A stretch of 64,000 nucleotides of DNA from Thermodesulfobacteriota bacterium (GCA_963675595.2 CAXXLZ010000002.1:4640001-4704000), one strand, 5' to 3'; shown: positions 22,323 to 32,977, numbered from the stretch's first letter. Program-made: numbers and translations. The notes: generated from the sequence alone by a model not told the origin.

Positions 22323-23072
22323 ACGCGTGATTCCTCCTTGCGGTTTGGATTTCACCTCGGAGTCCGGCCGGACCCTTTTCGCTATTGGACGATCATTGCA
22401 GCCTTCCTCTCGGGAACCTATAACGGAGGCATGTCTTCATGTGATGCGCAGTAACTTTCTGGAACTTAATTTTGAATAGACGATATTGTTGCCGAAAAAT
22501 ACCCGCGCCGTTCACACGCTTCTCAGAATCGTCGCCGAAGCCGGTATCGTTAATCTTATTGACGGCCCAAGTCACTTCTTTTGCTTTTGAATAGGATCGA
22601 AAAATGTTACTCTATTATCCGATCCAAAAAAGGGACATCCAATATAGTCCCTTTTCAAATATCGGTATGCAATATAGCGATCGATGATCAACACTTTGGC
22701 GCTGAAGCGCTCTCTCCAATCCCTTGCCGCGAGGAAGATATCTATTATTCGGTATCTTGCGGAATAGACGCCGCCCGCGACCTCCCTTGAGAGGGCCGGT
22801 AAATCAGAGAGCAAACCTGATGCTAAGAGATAATGCCCTAGTTGAAAATTAATTCACAACGGATAGTCGTCGATTCCGACTTTGTTGGTTTTTATGGCTG
22901 TGCCCTAATCTTCGTGAGCGAAGTTTAACACAAAATCCGGAATCCTCCAAAATTTCTTGAACCGTTCACAAGAAAAAAGTACCATATAAATGGTAATCAT
23001 GTCAATTTAAGAAGCTTGTGGATATGCTTCGGCCTATAGTTCGTGAGTTTACTATGGGTTTGTTTCTATACA

Positions 23073-23091
23073 TATACATACCATAAGTATA
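23073..23091. promoter_or_regulatory. Putative CsoR/RcnR-family operator (TATAC-N9-GTATA)
   Basis: TATACATACCATAAGTATA in the AT-rich spacer upstream of the CsoR-like gene; TAC-N9-GTA spacing as in CsoR operators. Confidence 0.4.
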
Positions 23092-23242
23092 AGCCGGGAG
23101 TTTCCTCCCGGCGTTGCCCGGGAAACTATCATTTTCGGTCACGTGGCAGGTTGGTTTTCGGGTTCGAGTAATGGTCGTTTCCCAAGAAACTCAAACCCGG
23201 CTTCAATATGGACGGGTTCAGGTTTAACACAAGGAGAATCGC

Positions 23243-23518
23243 ATGGCGCTCTGCGGTGAAGACCATCAGAAGCTGCTGACCCGCATTAATCGCATCGAGG
23301 GTCAGGTGCGGGGGCTTAGGAAGATGGTGCAGGAGGACCGGGATTGTATGGAGGTGCTGAAGCAAATCGCAGCCGCCGGCGGGGCCCTTAGATCCCTGGC
23401 CATGGTCCTTCTTGAAGACCATTTGAAGGGTTGCGTGGCTTCGGCCATTCGAACGGATCAATCGGAGAATGAACTGATTCACCAAGTTATTGAAGTGTTT
23501 AATAAATTCAGTAAGTAA
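23243..23518 (+). CDS. CsoR/RcnR family metal-sensing transcriptional repressor
   Basis: RINRIEGQVRG, DC.EVLKQIAA, HLKGCV (Cys-His-Cys ligand set). Confidence 0.92.
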   Translation: MALCGEDHQKLLTRINRIEGQVRGLRKMVQEDRDCMEVLKQIAAAGGALRSLAMVLLEDHLKGCVASAIRTDQSENELIHQVIEVFNKFSK

Positions 23519-23595
23519 GCTCCGGTTTGAGCCGAGTGCGCCCAAAACGGGTTTTGATCTGAGTGTCTTTTTAACCCCCGGCACGGGAGGCCGCA

Positions 23596-24648
23596 ATGGA
23601 GAAGATGACGCCCAAAGAAAGAGTGCTCGGACTGTTTCGCCGAGACCCCATCGACACCATGCCCATTTTCAGCGGACTTTCCATGGCGGCGCTCCCGGCA
23701 TTGCGGGAGGCGGGCCTGGTTTTCTCTCAGGTCCACACCCGTCCGGACCTCATGGCGCGAGCCGCAGTAGTCTCATCCCGCAGAATGAATTTCGACTGCA
23801 TCGTGGTCCCCTTCGACATCACGATTCTTTCCGAAGCTCTGGGCAATCGCCCCAACTTTTATGAGGACGCCTCCGAAGTGGTCTTTCCGACGGTTCCCGA
23901 AAAGATCTGGAAGGACCTGGAAGAGATCAGCATTCCCGACGACATACTTGAGCGGGGCCGAATTCCCATGATTTGTGAAGCGGTTTCCATCATCAAGCGA
24001 GAGGCTCCCGAATACCCCGTGGGGGTATGGCAAAGGGGGCCTTTCACGCAGATGGGGCAACTTTTCGAGCTGGAAGAGGTTTTGAAGGCTTCCTTCAAAG
24101 CCAAAGCCAAAGTGGAAGCGGCCCTGGAAAAGCTGGCGGAACTGGTTTCGGCCGCTGGACGCCTGTGGTTGGACGCCGGAGCGGACTATATCACTTTGAG
24201 CGAACCCAGCGGATCCGGAGACGTGTTGCCTCCCCGCCTTTTCAAGAGTCTTATCCAACCGAAGCTCGCCCAAATTCTGGAAGAGTGGCCGTCTCCCAAG
24301 GTCTTGCATGTCGCGGGGAAGACCGACGGAATCATCGAAATGATGAAGGACTGTGGAGCCGACGGCATTGCCGTGGACAAGAAAAGCAACATAAAGGACA
24401 TTCGAACGAAGATCGGGGACGAACTGCTTCTTTTCGGAAATTTCGATGTCTATGACTTACCCTGCAAACCCGAGACGACCGTGGAACATACCGAGGCCGT
24501 GATCAAAGGGATCATCGACGACGGAGTGGATGGGGTATGGCCGGGGTCGGACCTCTGGCCCGACATGAAAGAGGAGAACATGCGGGCCGTTGTTCGCACC
24601 GTGCACGAATACGGGGCAAAGCCCAGTCCTGCGGTGGGGAGAACCTGA
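23596..24648 (+). CDS. MtaA/CmuA (URO-D fold) methyltransferase family protein, Zn ligands degenerate
   Basis: MTPKERVL, PFD...SEALG, GPFT, LHVAG, GNFD, PGSD; context of corrinoid genes. Confidence 0.82.
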   Translation: MEKMTPKERVLGLFRRDPIDTMPIFSGLSMAALPALREAGLVFSQVHTRPDLMARAAVVSSRRMNFDCIVVPFDITILSEALGNRPNFYEDASEVVFPTVPEKIWKDLEEISIPDDILERGRIPMICEAVSIIKREAPEYPVGVWQRGPFTQMGQLFELEEVLKASFKAKAKVEAALEKLAELVSAAGRLWLDAGADYITLSEPSGSGDVLPPRLFKSLIQPKLAQILEEWPSPKVLHVAGKTDGIIEMMKDCGADGIAVDKKSNIKDIRTKIGDELLLFGNFDVYDLPCKPETTVEHTEAVIKGIIDDGVDGVWPGSDLWPDMKEENMRAVVRTVHEYGAKPSPAVGRT

Positions 24649-24674
24649 GAAGGAGAGGGCGGGCCGAACGCCGG

Positions 24675-25499
24675 TTACGGAGTCTCGTGAGGGCGGTCCC
24701 TGACCAACAGGTGGGACTTCAGCAATTTGAACATGGCGATGACTTTGTCGGCGAAGGTGGTGCCGGAGTTGTCCGCGACCAAGTCGGTGAGATCGTTGAG
24801 AAAGAGACGGTCCTCTTCAAGAAGATAGTCCTGCTCCTTCCACCAGGAGTTCTTCAACTCCCTCGCGAAGGCGACGTTTCTGGCGGCCAGAGTGTTCAGC
24901 GGGGAGTATTCCCGAAATTTTCGGCAGAGAAAAGTGGCTCTCACCCAACGGTGAGAAAGCAGCATTCGGTAGTTTTCCGACTCCTGACGTTCACAGTTGA
25001 TTCGGAAAAAACAGAGATGCGCCTGGGGTTCGCCGTGACCCAGTTCAATGGCCAGTTCGGTGCAGGCGTGCTCCTTCGCAGCTTCGCGAAGGTGCTCCAC
25101 CACGTGTCGAAAGAAATTGACACCGGATCCTGAAACCGGAAAAAGCGGCATGATTTGCTCACTGAAACTGGGTCCCACGAACTGTCGGCGTATTTCCAGG
25201 ACGCATTTGGCCGTTTCCCGGTCCAACCACCCTTGAAAGGGCAGGGCGGGCAACCCTTGAACAAGCTCTTCGCAAACATGGACCAGGAATTCTCTATCGG
25301 CGACTTCTCCGGAGACCGGCTGCGCCGGTATGGATCCCTGCGCGGAGCCATAGGACCGCCGGTCGGCATGCACCACTAGTTTCACGTGCGGCCGACTCTT
25401 CGGATCGATGTTCTCCAGGAAGTCTTGAATGAAGTGCTCCGCCTCGGCCTTGATGTCCCTCGTTTGATCGGTTCCGGTCTTCGTCGGCGGTGAGCTCAT
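24675..25499 (-). CDS. Hypothetical protein
   Basis: 274-aa ORF with GGAG RBS filling the gap between two methyltransferases; no motif recognised. Confidence 0.55.
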   Translation of the reverse strand: MSSPPTKTGTDQTRDIKAEAEHFIQDFLENIDPKSRPHVKLVVHADRRSYGSAQGSIPAQPVSGEVADREFLVHVCEELVQGLPALPFQGWLDRETAKCVLEIRRQFVGPSFSEQIMPLFPVSGSGVNFFRHVVEHLREAAKEHACTELAIELGHGEPQAHLCFFRINCERQESENYRMLLSHRWVRATFLCRKFREYSPLNTLAARNVAFARELKNSWWKEQDYLLEEDRLFLNDLTDLVADNSGTTFADKVIAMFKLLKSHLLVRDRPHETP

Positions 25500-26092
25500 T
25501 TCGCGTCTCCCTTCCGCTCCTTCCTAATCGTGGTTTTGCAGCCCGGTTCGTACTCGAAAAGCCGGGCCCCGGTCGTTCGGTGACATCCTTGCGTCTCGAT
25601 CGGTGCGGTTCTCGTTGACTCCCACGATGGGAGCCCTTACCGACAGACTATAGCATGACGGTCCATGAAATCACAGTAGCCGAGTTGGGAAATCTGCGGC
25701 TTGTCCGACCGCATGGAATTTCCCTTTCTTGGCATCCTGCCGTTCGTTTTTGAGGTGTTGAGGAGAACTCGCTTGACCGGTGGGAGAGACCCGAACGGAG
25801 CTTGGGCCAGAAAAGGACGGCGGTGGAGACCGGGCGTACCTGAATGAGTGGTGGAGCCGCGGCGGGAGGCGAGTAGGGATCCCGGCGGCATAAAACCTTC
25901 TCCCTCCGGATGCCTGGGGGGGATGGAGGGCGAGGTACACAGGCGAAACAGCTTCCCCCGGGATCCCAAGGGACAACAATGAAAGGGCGGCGATCGACGC
26001 CGAAGATTTCTTGGGAGGGCGCGGAAGCCCCTTTTAGACGAGAGGCTCCCTGCCCGGTCGCTACAGTTCAGCGTGATCGCAGCCGATGAGGT

Positions 26093-27136
26093 TTAGTATT
26101 TGCCGTAAATTTCCGCCGCTTCCATGATCGCTTGAGCATTCAGGAAACTGGCGTTGGGCGGGAATTCGCATCCGGGGGACAAGATGAATTTTCCACCGGC
26201 CTTGAGTTCCTCGATTTCTTTCTTGCATTCTTCCTTGACCATGTCCGGAGTTCCCAGGAAGCAGTAGCGGGCCGGCTCCATGTATCCGCAAATGGTGGTC
26301 TTGTCGCCCCATTTCTCCTTCGTTTCGGTCCAGGTCGCGCAATCATCGGGCGTGTAGGCGCAGGAAATGAGCACGGGTTCCATGGCTTCGATCTGGGCGT
26401 CGAAGTAGATGTTCTGGCCGCAGTTGTGCACCATGACCATGCAGCCGCATTCGCGAATGGTGTCGGCCAGGCGTTTCGCAAAGGGCGCTTCGATCTTCTG
26501 CCACAGGCTCTTCTTCATGATGGTGCCGGAAGCATAGAGAGTGTCCAGCATGATGGCGGGTACGCCGGTTTTGGCCAATGCCTTGATGTAGTCCACCAAC
26601 ACCTCAGTGATCACTTCCTGGGCCTTGATCACGGCTTCGGGGTGTTTCATGCAATCCAGGAACATCCTCTCCGCTCCGCGCATCATGCTGAGAATTCCCA
26701 GGGGACCGAACACGAAGGCAACCACGGGAACCTCGGCGCCCTTTTCATTCTGGAGAATCTCATGCATTTTGATGAAGCCGCTCATGCGAGGCGTTTTGGT
26801 GGGGTCGATCCGTTCCACCTTGGTCAGATAGTCGTCGGGGGTCACGATTACGGGCTTGTCGTAGTTGGGGTGAGCGGTGTCCTCCACGGGAAAGACCACT
26901 TCCTGGCCGAAATCGGCGCATTCGACGGACAGGTCGACTAAGGTGACGAAGCAATCAAAACCGAACATCTCCTGCGCCTGGATCCAGGATTTGGCCGCAA
27001 GCTCATAGTCTTGAGACCACTCCCCATAGGTGATTCCGTAGACCCGGCGGGATGCCCCACAAATCAGGGGAGTTGCGGGAACACGGTCTGCTTCTTTGCC
27101 CTGCAGGCAGGCTACCACTCTTTCCATCGAAGTCAT
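26093..27136 (-). CDS. MtaA/CmuA (URO-D fold) corrinoid methyltransferase
   Basis: MTSMERV, DLSVECADFG, GPLG, VHNCG, SPGCEFP (His-Cys-Cys Zn ligands intact); AAGGAGG RBS. Confidence 0.9.
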   Translation of the reverse strand: MTSMERVVACLQGKEADRVPATPLICGASRRVYGITYGEWSQDYELAAKSWIQAQEMFGFDCFVTLVDLSVECADFGQEVVFPVEDTAHPNYDKPVIVTPDDYLTKVERIDPTKTPRMSGFIKMHEILQNEKGAEVPVVAFVFGPLGILSMMRGAERMFLDCMKHPEAVIKAQEVITEVLVDYIKALAKTGVPAIMLDTLYASGTIMKKSLWQKIEAPFAKRLADTIRECGCMVMVHNCGQNIYFDAQIEAMEPVLISCAYTPDDCATWTETKEKWGDKTTICGYMEPARYCFLGTPDMVKEECKKEIEELKAGGKFILSPGCEFPPNASFLNAQAIMEAAEIYGKY

Positions 27137-27693
27137 GACTTCCTCCTTCTCGGTTGACGTTGGTTCACCAGGATCATAAGTTCGAACTCCCGTGAGGGAG
27201 TCGGATCGATCGTGTCGTCGCCGAAGCGGATCTCCTTTCTCTGCCCGGGACGTACACAACAATCCTTGCTATGCGTGCCTCCAATACCGTCAGGCGACTG
27301 CGGCTCGGTCGCACCATTCCGGTTGCATCGGATGGCCGAGCCGTTGAGCCGCGTTTGGAACCGATGTAAGTGGTCTGGTTGGGAAGTGGTGAAGTCGAAC
27401 TCGTCGAAGCAGGTGTGGATTCGCTTCTGCTTCGTTAAAGCGCCGTCCCTCGGCGGCTCGGCGGGCAAGCGGCGAGATCGCTTTGTGAACGATGTGTCTT
27501 TTCAAGGGGTGCTCAACACGATCAATACGGAAAGGCTCGGAGGCGAGGCGGTAGTCCGCAGTGCGAGGCATGACGGCTTCGCTTCCTTCTTCCCCGATGG
27601 ATGCTTTCCGGTTCGGCTGAACGGCGATTGGGTATCCGAAGGCCTCGTGCTCCATGCTGCAACCGTGTTCGCAATCCGGTCCGGCCAAAGAAA

Positions 27694-28308
27694 TTACTCC
27701 TCCCAGTTGAGGACGATGTCTCGGAGTTGTTCGATTCCCACTCCGGAAAAGGTGGAAAGACGAACGATTTCCGCAGTTTCATTGAATTGTCTTAACTTCT
27801 TCTCGCTTTCTTCAATGGTTGTGGAGTCCACGGCATCCACCTTGCTCATGGCCAGAATGTCGGCGTCCTGGACCTGAGCGACCACGAGTCTGCCGAGCAT
27901 ATCCATGTCGAGAAGCTCGGCCGGTCGTGTGGTGTCGAAGAGGACAATGGCCGGTCCCAAAGAAATTCGAGCGTCCCTACCCCCCATTCGGGCCGCCATT
28001 TTAACCTGATGGGGAATGGCGACCCCGGTAGGTTCCACCAGAACATGCTCGGGTTTAAACTCCCGATAGAGTGTGGCCAGCGTCTTGGCGAAGCTGGAAG
28101 CCACTTCGCAGCAGATGCATCCTCCACCGATGTCCTTCACTCGCATGCCGCTTTCTTGGATCACTTTGCCGTCCACCGGAATTTCACCGATTTCATTCAC
28201 CACGAGGGCCACCTTCCGGTTTCCCGAGTCGGCGATTTCCGCGGAGAGTCTGAGAATGAAGGTGGTCTTTCCACATCCCAGAAAGCCTGCAATTTGAGTG
28301 ATTTTCAT
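27694..28308 (-). CDS. CobW/HypB/UreG family GTPase (short, G-domain only)
   Basis: GFLGCGKTT, VNEIGE, GGGCICC, EPTG, SKVD. Confidence 0.9.
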   Translation of the reverse strand: MKITQIAGFLGCGKTTFILRLSAEIADSGNRKVALVVNEIGEIPVDGKVIQESGMRVKDIGGGCICCEVASSFAKTLATLYREFKPEHVLVEPTGVAIPHQVKMAARMGGRDARISLGPAIVLFDTTRPAELLDMDMLGRLVVAQVQDADILAMSKVDAVDSTTIEESEKKLRQFNETAEIVRLSTFSGVGIEQLRDIVLNWEE

Positions 28309-28563
28309 GAAATCTCCGTGCCGGCGTTGTGTCGTTGTGCGGAAGCGAATGAGGTCATCGGGATGACCGTGCCTTCACGGTCCGGTGCGATGATCGAAGA
28401 GGAGCCATGCCGCGGCGACGAGGTCGGAATCTTCCGAAGATCAATCTCCCGAGGTCAACGGAAATTCCTTTCACACGGTGCGGGCGCGGCACCGGGATCA
28501 AGCTCGCTTTTCGGGGTTCGGCGTCGCCGACGCAATCGTCCCGAGGCACGGTTCCTCTTCAGG

Positions 28564-29232
28564 CTATGCTTTGGACTGAACCTCGCGCAGGCGACCGATC
28601 ATCTTGATGCCCTCGGTCACGGCGTTGCCCGCGCTCTCTGCGTAACCGTCGGCGCCGAACAGGGTGGAAACGTCCCGGGTCACGGGAGCGCCGCCGAGCA
28701 TGATCATCACATTGGGATTCTTCTCTTTGATCATCTTGATGACCTTCTTCATGCCCAGCATCGTGGTGGTCATCATGGCGCTCATGGCCACGATTTCCGA
28801 ATCCGTACGCATCTGTTCCTTGACGAAATTCTCCAGAGGCACGTCGCGGCCCAGGTCGTAAACTTCAAATCCGGCCACGTCGAACATCATCTTGACCAGG
28901 TTTTTGCCGATGTCGTGAACGTCGCCCTGGATGGAGCCGATGACGACCTGGCCCTTCATCTTTCCACTTTGCTCCTGGGGCACGTGGGGGCGGAGGATGT
29001 CCAGACCGGCATAAAGGGCGTCGGCGCACATGAGCACTTCAGGCACGAAGTATTCGTTGCGCTCATAGAGATCTCCCACGATCTGCATGCCGGCCGCGAG
29101 ACCGTCCATGATCGCTTCCAGTGGGTCCACCTTTTCGTCGAGAGCCTGTTGCGCGAAGCTTTTCACTCCCTCTTCGTTGTACTCCACGACCGAGTCGCTT
29201 AAACCTTTGAGGATGTCTTCCTTGCCTGCCAT
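28564..29232 (-). CDS. Methyltransferase cognate corrinoid protein (MtaC/MttC-like)
   Basis: Cap domain (YFVPEVL), B12 motif GDVHDIGKNLV, SAMMTTTM, GGAP, GADGY. Confidence 0.95.
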   Translation of the reverse strand: MAGKEDILKGLSDSVVEYNEEGVKSFAQQALDEKVDPLEAIMDGLAAGMQIVGDLYERNEYFVPEVLMCADALYAGLDILRPHVPQEQSGKMKGQVVIGSIQGDVHDIGKNLVKMMFDVAGFEVYDLGRDVPLENFVKEQMRTDSEIVAMSAMMTTTMLGMKKVIKMIKEKNPNVMIMLGGAPVTRDVSTLFGADGYAESAGNAVTEGIKMIGRLREVQSKA

Positions 29233-29334
29233 ACTGATTCCCCTTCCTTTGCTGAAGCATTCTTGAACGGACGGGCCCCTGGGATTGCGGAAGCCGCCTC
29301 CTCGACTTCCGCACATGTTCGCTTGCGATAATAA

Positions 29335-29351
29335 TATACACTATAGGGGTA
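29335..29351. promoter_or_regulatory. Putative CsoR-family operator upstream of corrinoid protein gene
   Basis: TATACACTATAGGGGTA: TAC-N9-GTA with G-tract, ~100 bp upstream of the 29232 start. Confidence 0.5.
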
Positions 29352-29894
29352 CTGAATAGTCCGAGGGATGAATTCCGGCTAGACGCCGGATGATTTATTG
29401 GTGAACCTGCATTATGGAAAGAATTTTGGGATAGACGAAGTTAGTTATAAACGTAAGAAAGCCTTAAAGAAATAAATAACTTGGATATTCTATTGCTAAT
29501 GACAATGATTGGTGTGGCATTCAATCGGAATTACATATGATATGTTTAACATATAAGGAATAATGCCTATACAAAAGTTGGGATGGGGCGAAACTTGACG
29601 TTCCATGAAGGGCGGTCTCGATGGGAATCTCTTCTTCCGGAAGCCCGTCACGCGGGCGCGATCTCCCGGTTCCGATGAGGGGCACTGGCCTCGCCGGCGA
29701 ATATCTGCTACAGAGGGAGTCCCCGCACGAGTTGAGCGGGCGGCGCTTCTCCCCGCGCCCGGATGTTTCAAAAGAAGTCCAAGTCGGCGACGGCAGGCCG
29801 TCGAATCGTTCGGTGGGTTCTGAATTCGCCGGGGGGAATCCGGGCGCGTACCGCGTCACAAATCGGGAATATCCGTCAAACGAGGTGGAAGGCC

Positions 29895-30305
29895 ATGAAA
29901 GGTTGGTTTTGGCCCGGCATGATGGCCATGCTGTTGTGGGGCTTGTGGGGCTTCTTTCCCAAGCTCACCGTCCGTCATATTAATCCGGGCAGTGCCCTGG
30001 TGTTTGAAACCTTGGGCGGCATGATCGTGGCTTTGGTGGTGCTTGTCGTCCTTGGGTTCAGAATCCAGACGGATCCGGCCGGGGTGGGGTATGCGCTGTT
30101 TACCGGTGTTTGCGGTTTTCTCGGGATCCTTTTCTACCTCAAGGCGGTAACCGTAGGCAGGGTTTCCCTGGTGGCGACCATGACCGCTCTGTATCCCGTG
30201 GTGAGCGTCCTTCTCGCTCACTTTGTCCTGGGCGAGCCGCTGACCCTGAAGGAGGGCGCGGGCATCCTCCTGGCATGCCTCGCCATTCTTCTCATGGTGC
30301 TGTGA
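29895..30305 (+). CDS. EamA/DMT family transporter (single domain)
   Basis: 5 TM helices, WGLWGFFPK, TALYPVVS...LGEPLT. Confidence 0.88.
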   Translation: MKGWFWPGMMAMLLWGLWGFFPKLTVRHINPGSALVFETLGGMIVALVVLVVLGFRIQTDPAGVGYALFTGVCGFLGILFYLKAVTVGRVSLVATMTALYPVVSVLLAHFVLGEPLTLKEGAGILLACLAILLMVL

Positions 30306-30359
30306 ACGGGAGAGAGCCCTCTCTTCACCCTCGAAGAAGAAGGCGTTTCAGGCGTTCGG

Positions 30360-32000
30360 TCATGATTCCTTGGGTGAGAACTTTTTCACCACCGCCGCGA
30401 TTTCTTCTTCCGTAAACGGCTTGTGCAGAATTTCATTGACCCCGGCCGCAAAGGCGGCGTCGAAGTCCTGGGCCTCGTTTTGCGTGGTGACCATCACGAT
30501 GGGGAGCGCGTCTTTGTCGTACCACCGGCGAACAAGGCCCGTCAGTTGGATACCCGTGATTTCCGGCATATTCAGATCGGTCAAAATCAGATCGGGTTTT
30601 TCGGCGCGCACCCGGTCCACCGCCTCGGCGGGAAACTGGAAAAGCCGCGGTTCGCATCCCAAGTCGTAAAGCATACCCCGATAGATATTCAGTATCATCT
30701 TGGAATCGTCCACGGCGAAGATCACCGGTTTGGCTTCCGCTTCGGCCGTCGGGGCTCCCTCGATGAGCGAAGCCAGATCGTCCCGTCCGTTCTTCGTTAG
30801 AAGTTCGCAATAGTGGCCCTTCAAATCAGGATGAGCGCGCTCGGAAAGATACGGGACCGCCTTCTTAACGAAAAACTCCTCTTCCAGGAGGTCGAGGAAC
30901 ATGCGGTCGCATTGGGAGTTGATGATGGTGACCACGATGTTCAAGGCTTCCATGTCTTCGGTGCGAATCATGTTCTTGACGCCGGCGGCCAGAATCTCAT
31001 CATAATTACGTTCGATGGCGCCGGCCGCCGCAGCTCTCACGTTGGCCACGGGATCCTGCAATCCGGCGCCCAAGGCGAAAGCCCCTTTATGCAACGGCAG
31101 GAGGCCAAGCGCCTCATACGCGGCGAATCGCACGTTGGGATCGGCCGGGTGGGTGTGGATCAGTTTGCGCACGGCGGGAATGCTTGTGGGGTCTTTGATG
31201 TCCCCAAGAACGTTCAAGGAATGGATGACCAGGTCCGGGTCGTCCTGAGTCAGGTTTTCCAGAAGCAGGGGAACCGCCTTGGCTCCCACCTGCACCAGCA
31301 TCTGTTTGCCCGTGCTGCGAATGTGCGCATGGGCCGATCCCAACGTTTCGTTGAGTTTTTCCAGCGACTCCACCGACTGGACCCGGGCGAAAACCTCCAG
31401 GATCAAGAAGTCGATTTCGGCGTCGATTCCGAGTTTCTCCGACAGTTTTTTCATGGCCGGAGGCGTGCCCAGGCGGCCGAGGGTTTCCACCGCCGCGGCC
31501 ACGAGCCTCGCATTGCCGCTGTAAAGGAACTCCGCCACCAGGGAAACCGACCATGAGTCACCGAGGTTTCCCAGAGCCGGCATGGCGGCTGCAAGCACCA
31601 TATCATTGGCTCTTGAAGCAAGGAACTCCCTTAGAACCGGGACGGCCTCTTCAAGACGGATTTCACCGACCACCTCGGCCAGCAGGGCTTTCCCCGCGTC
31701 GTCATCCCCGGTCTTGAGGAGTGCCAGTGGGACCGAAGGCTTGTCGAGGGACATGGAGAAGAGGAGTTCCCGAGCCAAAGAATCCACGTCGCCAAGGTCG
31801 GACGACTTGGAAACCAGGCGAACCAGCAAGGGAATCGCGAATCCTTCATCGGCTCTGCTGAGTTCGAGCAGGGCCTGCCTTTGGGTCTTGGCGTCCATCT
31901 CACCCAAATGGGCCAACACGATGCTCGCCTTGAGGAGGTCCTGTCTGGCGATATCGTATCGCAGCTCGTCCAGGAATGCCTGGGGAGAAATATCCATCAT
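30360..32000 (-). CDS. HEAT-repeat protein with C-terminal response-regulator receiver domain
   Basis: Repeated (A)LG.I/LG HEAT helices; AVDDS, TDLNMP, VTT, KPF receiver motifs. Confidence 0.88.
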   Translation of the reverse strand: MMDISPQAFLDELRYDIARQDLLKASIVLAHLGEMDAKTQRQALLELSRADEGFAIPLLVRLVSKSSDLGDVDSLARELLFSMSLDKPSVPLALLKTGDDDAGKALLAEVVGEIRLEEAVPVLREFLASRANDMVLAAAMPALGNLGDSWSVSLVAEFLYSGNARLVAAAVETLGRLGTPPAMKKLSEKLGIDAEIDFLILEVFARVQSVESLEKLNETLGSAHAHIRSTGKQMLVQVGAKAVPLLLENLTQDDPDLVIHSLNVLGDIKDPTSIPAVRKLIHTHPADPNVRFAAYEALGLLPLHKGAFALGAGLQDPVANVRAAAAGAIERNYDEILAAGVKNMIRTEDMEALNIVVTIINSQCDRMFLDLLEEEFFVKKAVPYLSERAHPDLKGHYCELLTKNGRDDLASLIEGAPTAEAEAKPVIFAVDDSKMILNIYRGMLYDLGCEPRLFQFPAEAVDRVRAEKPDLILTDLNMPEITGIQLTGLVRRWYDKDALPIVMVTTQNEAQDFDAAFAAGVNEILHKPFTEEEIAAVVKKFSPKES

Positions 32001-32252
32001 ATCACGTTCCATCCGGCCTTTAGCCCGGTTTTCCGAAGGGATGTCGGAATATCGGGCAGACTTGAGGGGATTCACTTCCAAAAGAGGCGGAGAATATCCG
32101 CCGGAAGACCACCATTTATCACAAAAAGATCATACTCAAGGGGACGGAACGGGGTCAACGGAATTGTCTCCGTGCGGGAGAGACCGCTCGACGGTCTGAA
32201 ATCATGGGGCTTTGTCAACGAGCCGTGAAGAAGGAGGGAGCACGGAAGGACT

Positions 32253-32753
32253 TTAGTTCCTTTTGGGTCTGGGACGAGCTTCGGACATGGACTTCCTGAG
32301 CTCTCTGAGGCGATTCTGCAGGTCTCGGTAGGCGGAGGTGTTCAGGTCCTGATTACTCTTTCGGTAATCACGCATCTGGTCGAGGACCTGCCTGTAATCG
32401 GTTTGCAGTCCCTGCATTTCCGCGGACTTGCCGGGCGCCGGGGGAGGAGACGTCGTGGCGGGCGTGGGAGCCGCGGGAGGCTGCACTGTGACCGTACGGA
32501 TGGCTTTGTCCTGCGCCGAATCCTGAGGGGCGGGGCTCTTGATGGTGGTTTCGATGATGCGAAATTTCTTGTCGTCTTCCAGAATCTCGGGAGGAACGTT
32601 TTCTTCGTCGTTGGCGTAGTGTACTCGTCCCGATTCGTCTTTCCACACGTAAATCTTACCCACGGCGGGCGCGGAGAACATCAGGCAGACCACCGGGAGA
32701 AGAATCCGGAAAACACTTCGGCCCAGCGGGACCGTGCATAGGTTGAGATTCAT
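32253..32753 (-). CDS. DUF4124 domain secreted protein
   Basis: Signal peptide, IYVWKDESGRVHYAND..VPP motif, Pro-rich linker, coiled coil. Confidence 0.8.
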   Translation of the reverse strand: MNLNLCTVPLGRSVFRILLPVVCLMFSAPAVGKIYVWKDESGRVHYANDEENVPPEILEDDKKFRIIETTIKSPAPQDSAQDKAIRTVTVQPPAAPTPATTSPPPAPGKSAEMQGLQTDYRQVLDQMRDYRKSNQDLNTSAYRDLQNRLRELRKSMSEARPRPKRN

Positions 32754-32845
32754 GACCACGTATTATAAGTTAGGGAGCAAGCCAAGGGCAACGATTTCCG
32801 GTGAAGATGCGATTTTCTTTCGCTTCCGACTTCCATAATTTTCTA

Positions 32846-32874
32846 TTGACTATTTCATGACGGATTGGTAAAAG
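32846..32874 (+). promoter_or_regulatory. Putative sigma70 promoter of tRNA-Asn
   Basis: TTGACT-17 nt-TAAAAG with TG extended -10. Confidence 0.4.
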
Positions 32875-32901
32875 CCTCTTTCACCCAACGGAACACCTTA
32901 T

Positions 32902-32977
32902 TCCTCGGTAGCTCAATCGGCAGAGCGGGTGGCTGTTAACCACTAGGTTGCAGGTTCGAGTCCTGCCCGGGGAGCCA
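32902..32977 (+). tRNA. tRNA-Asn (anticodon GTT)
   Basis: 76 nt; acceptor TCCTCGG/CCGGGGA, D-arm GCTC/GAGC, anticodon loop CTGTTAA, T-loop GGTTCGAGTCC, encoded CCA. Confidence 0.97.

Noticed and set aside
22323-23240. Cobalamin riboswitch expected upstream of cbiM
   Set aside because: No convincing B12-box motifs found by eye; an Rfam covariance search would be decisive
28009-29202. 397-aa plus-strand ORF
   Set aside because: Antisense to the corrinoid protein and GTPase genes; no motifs
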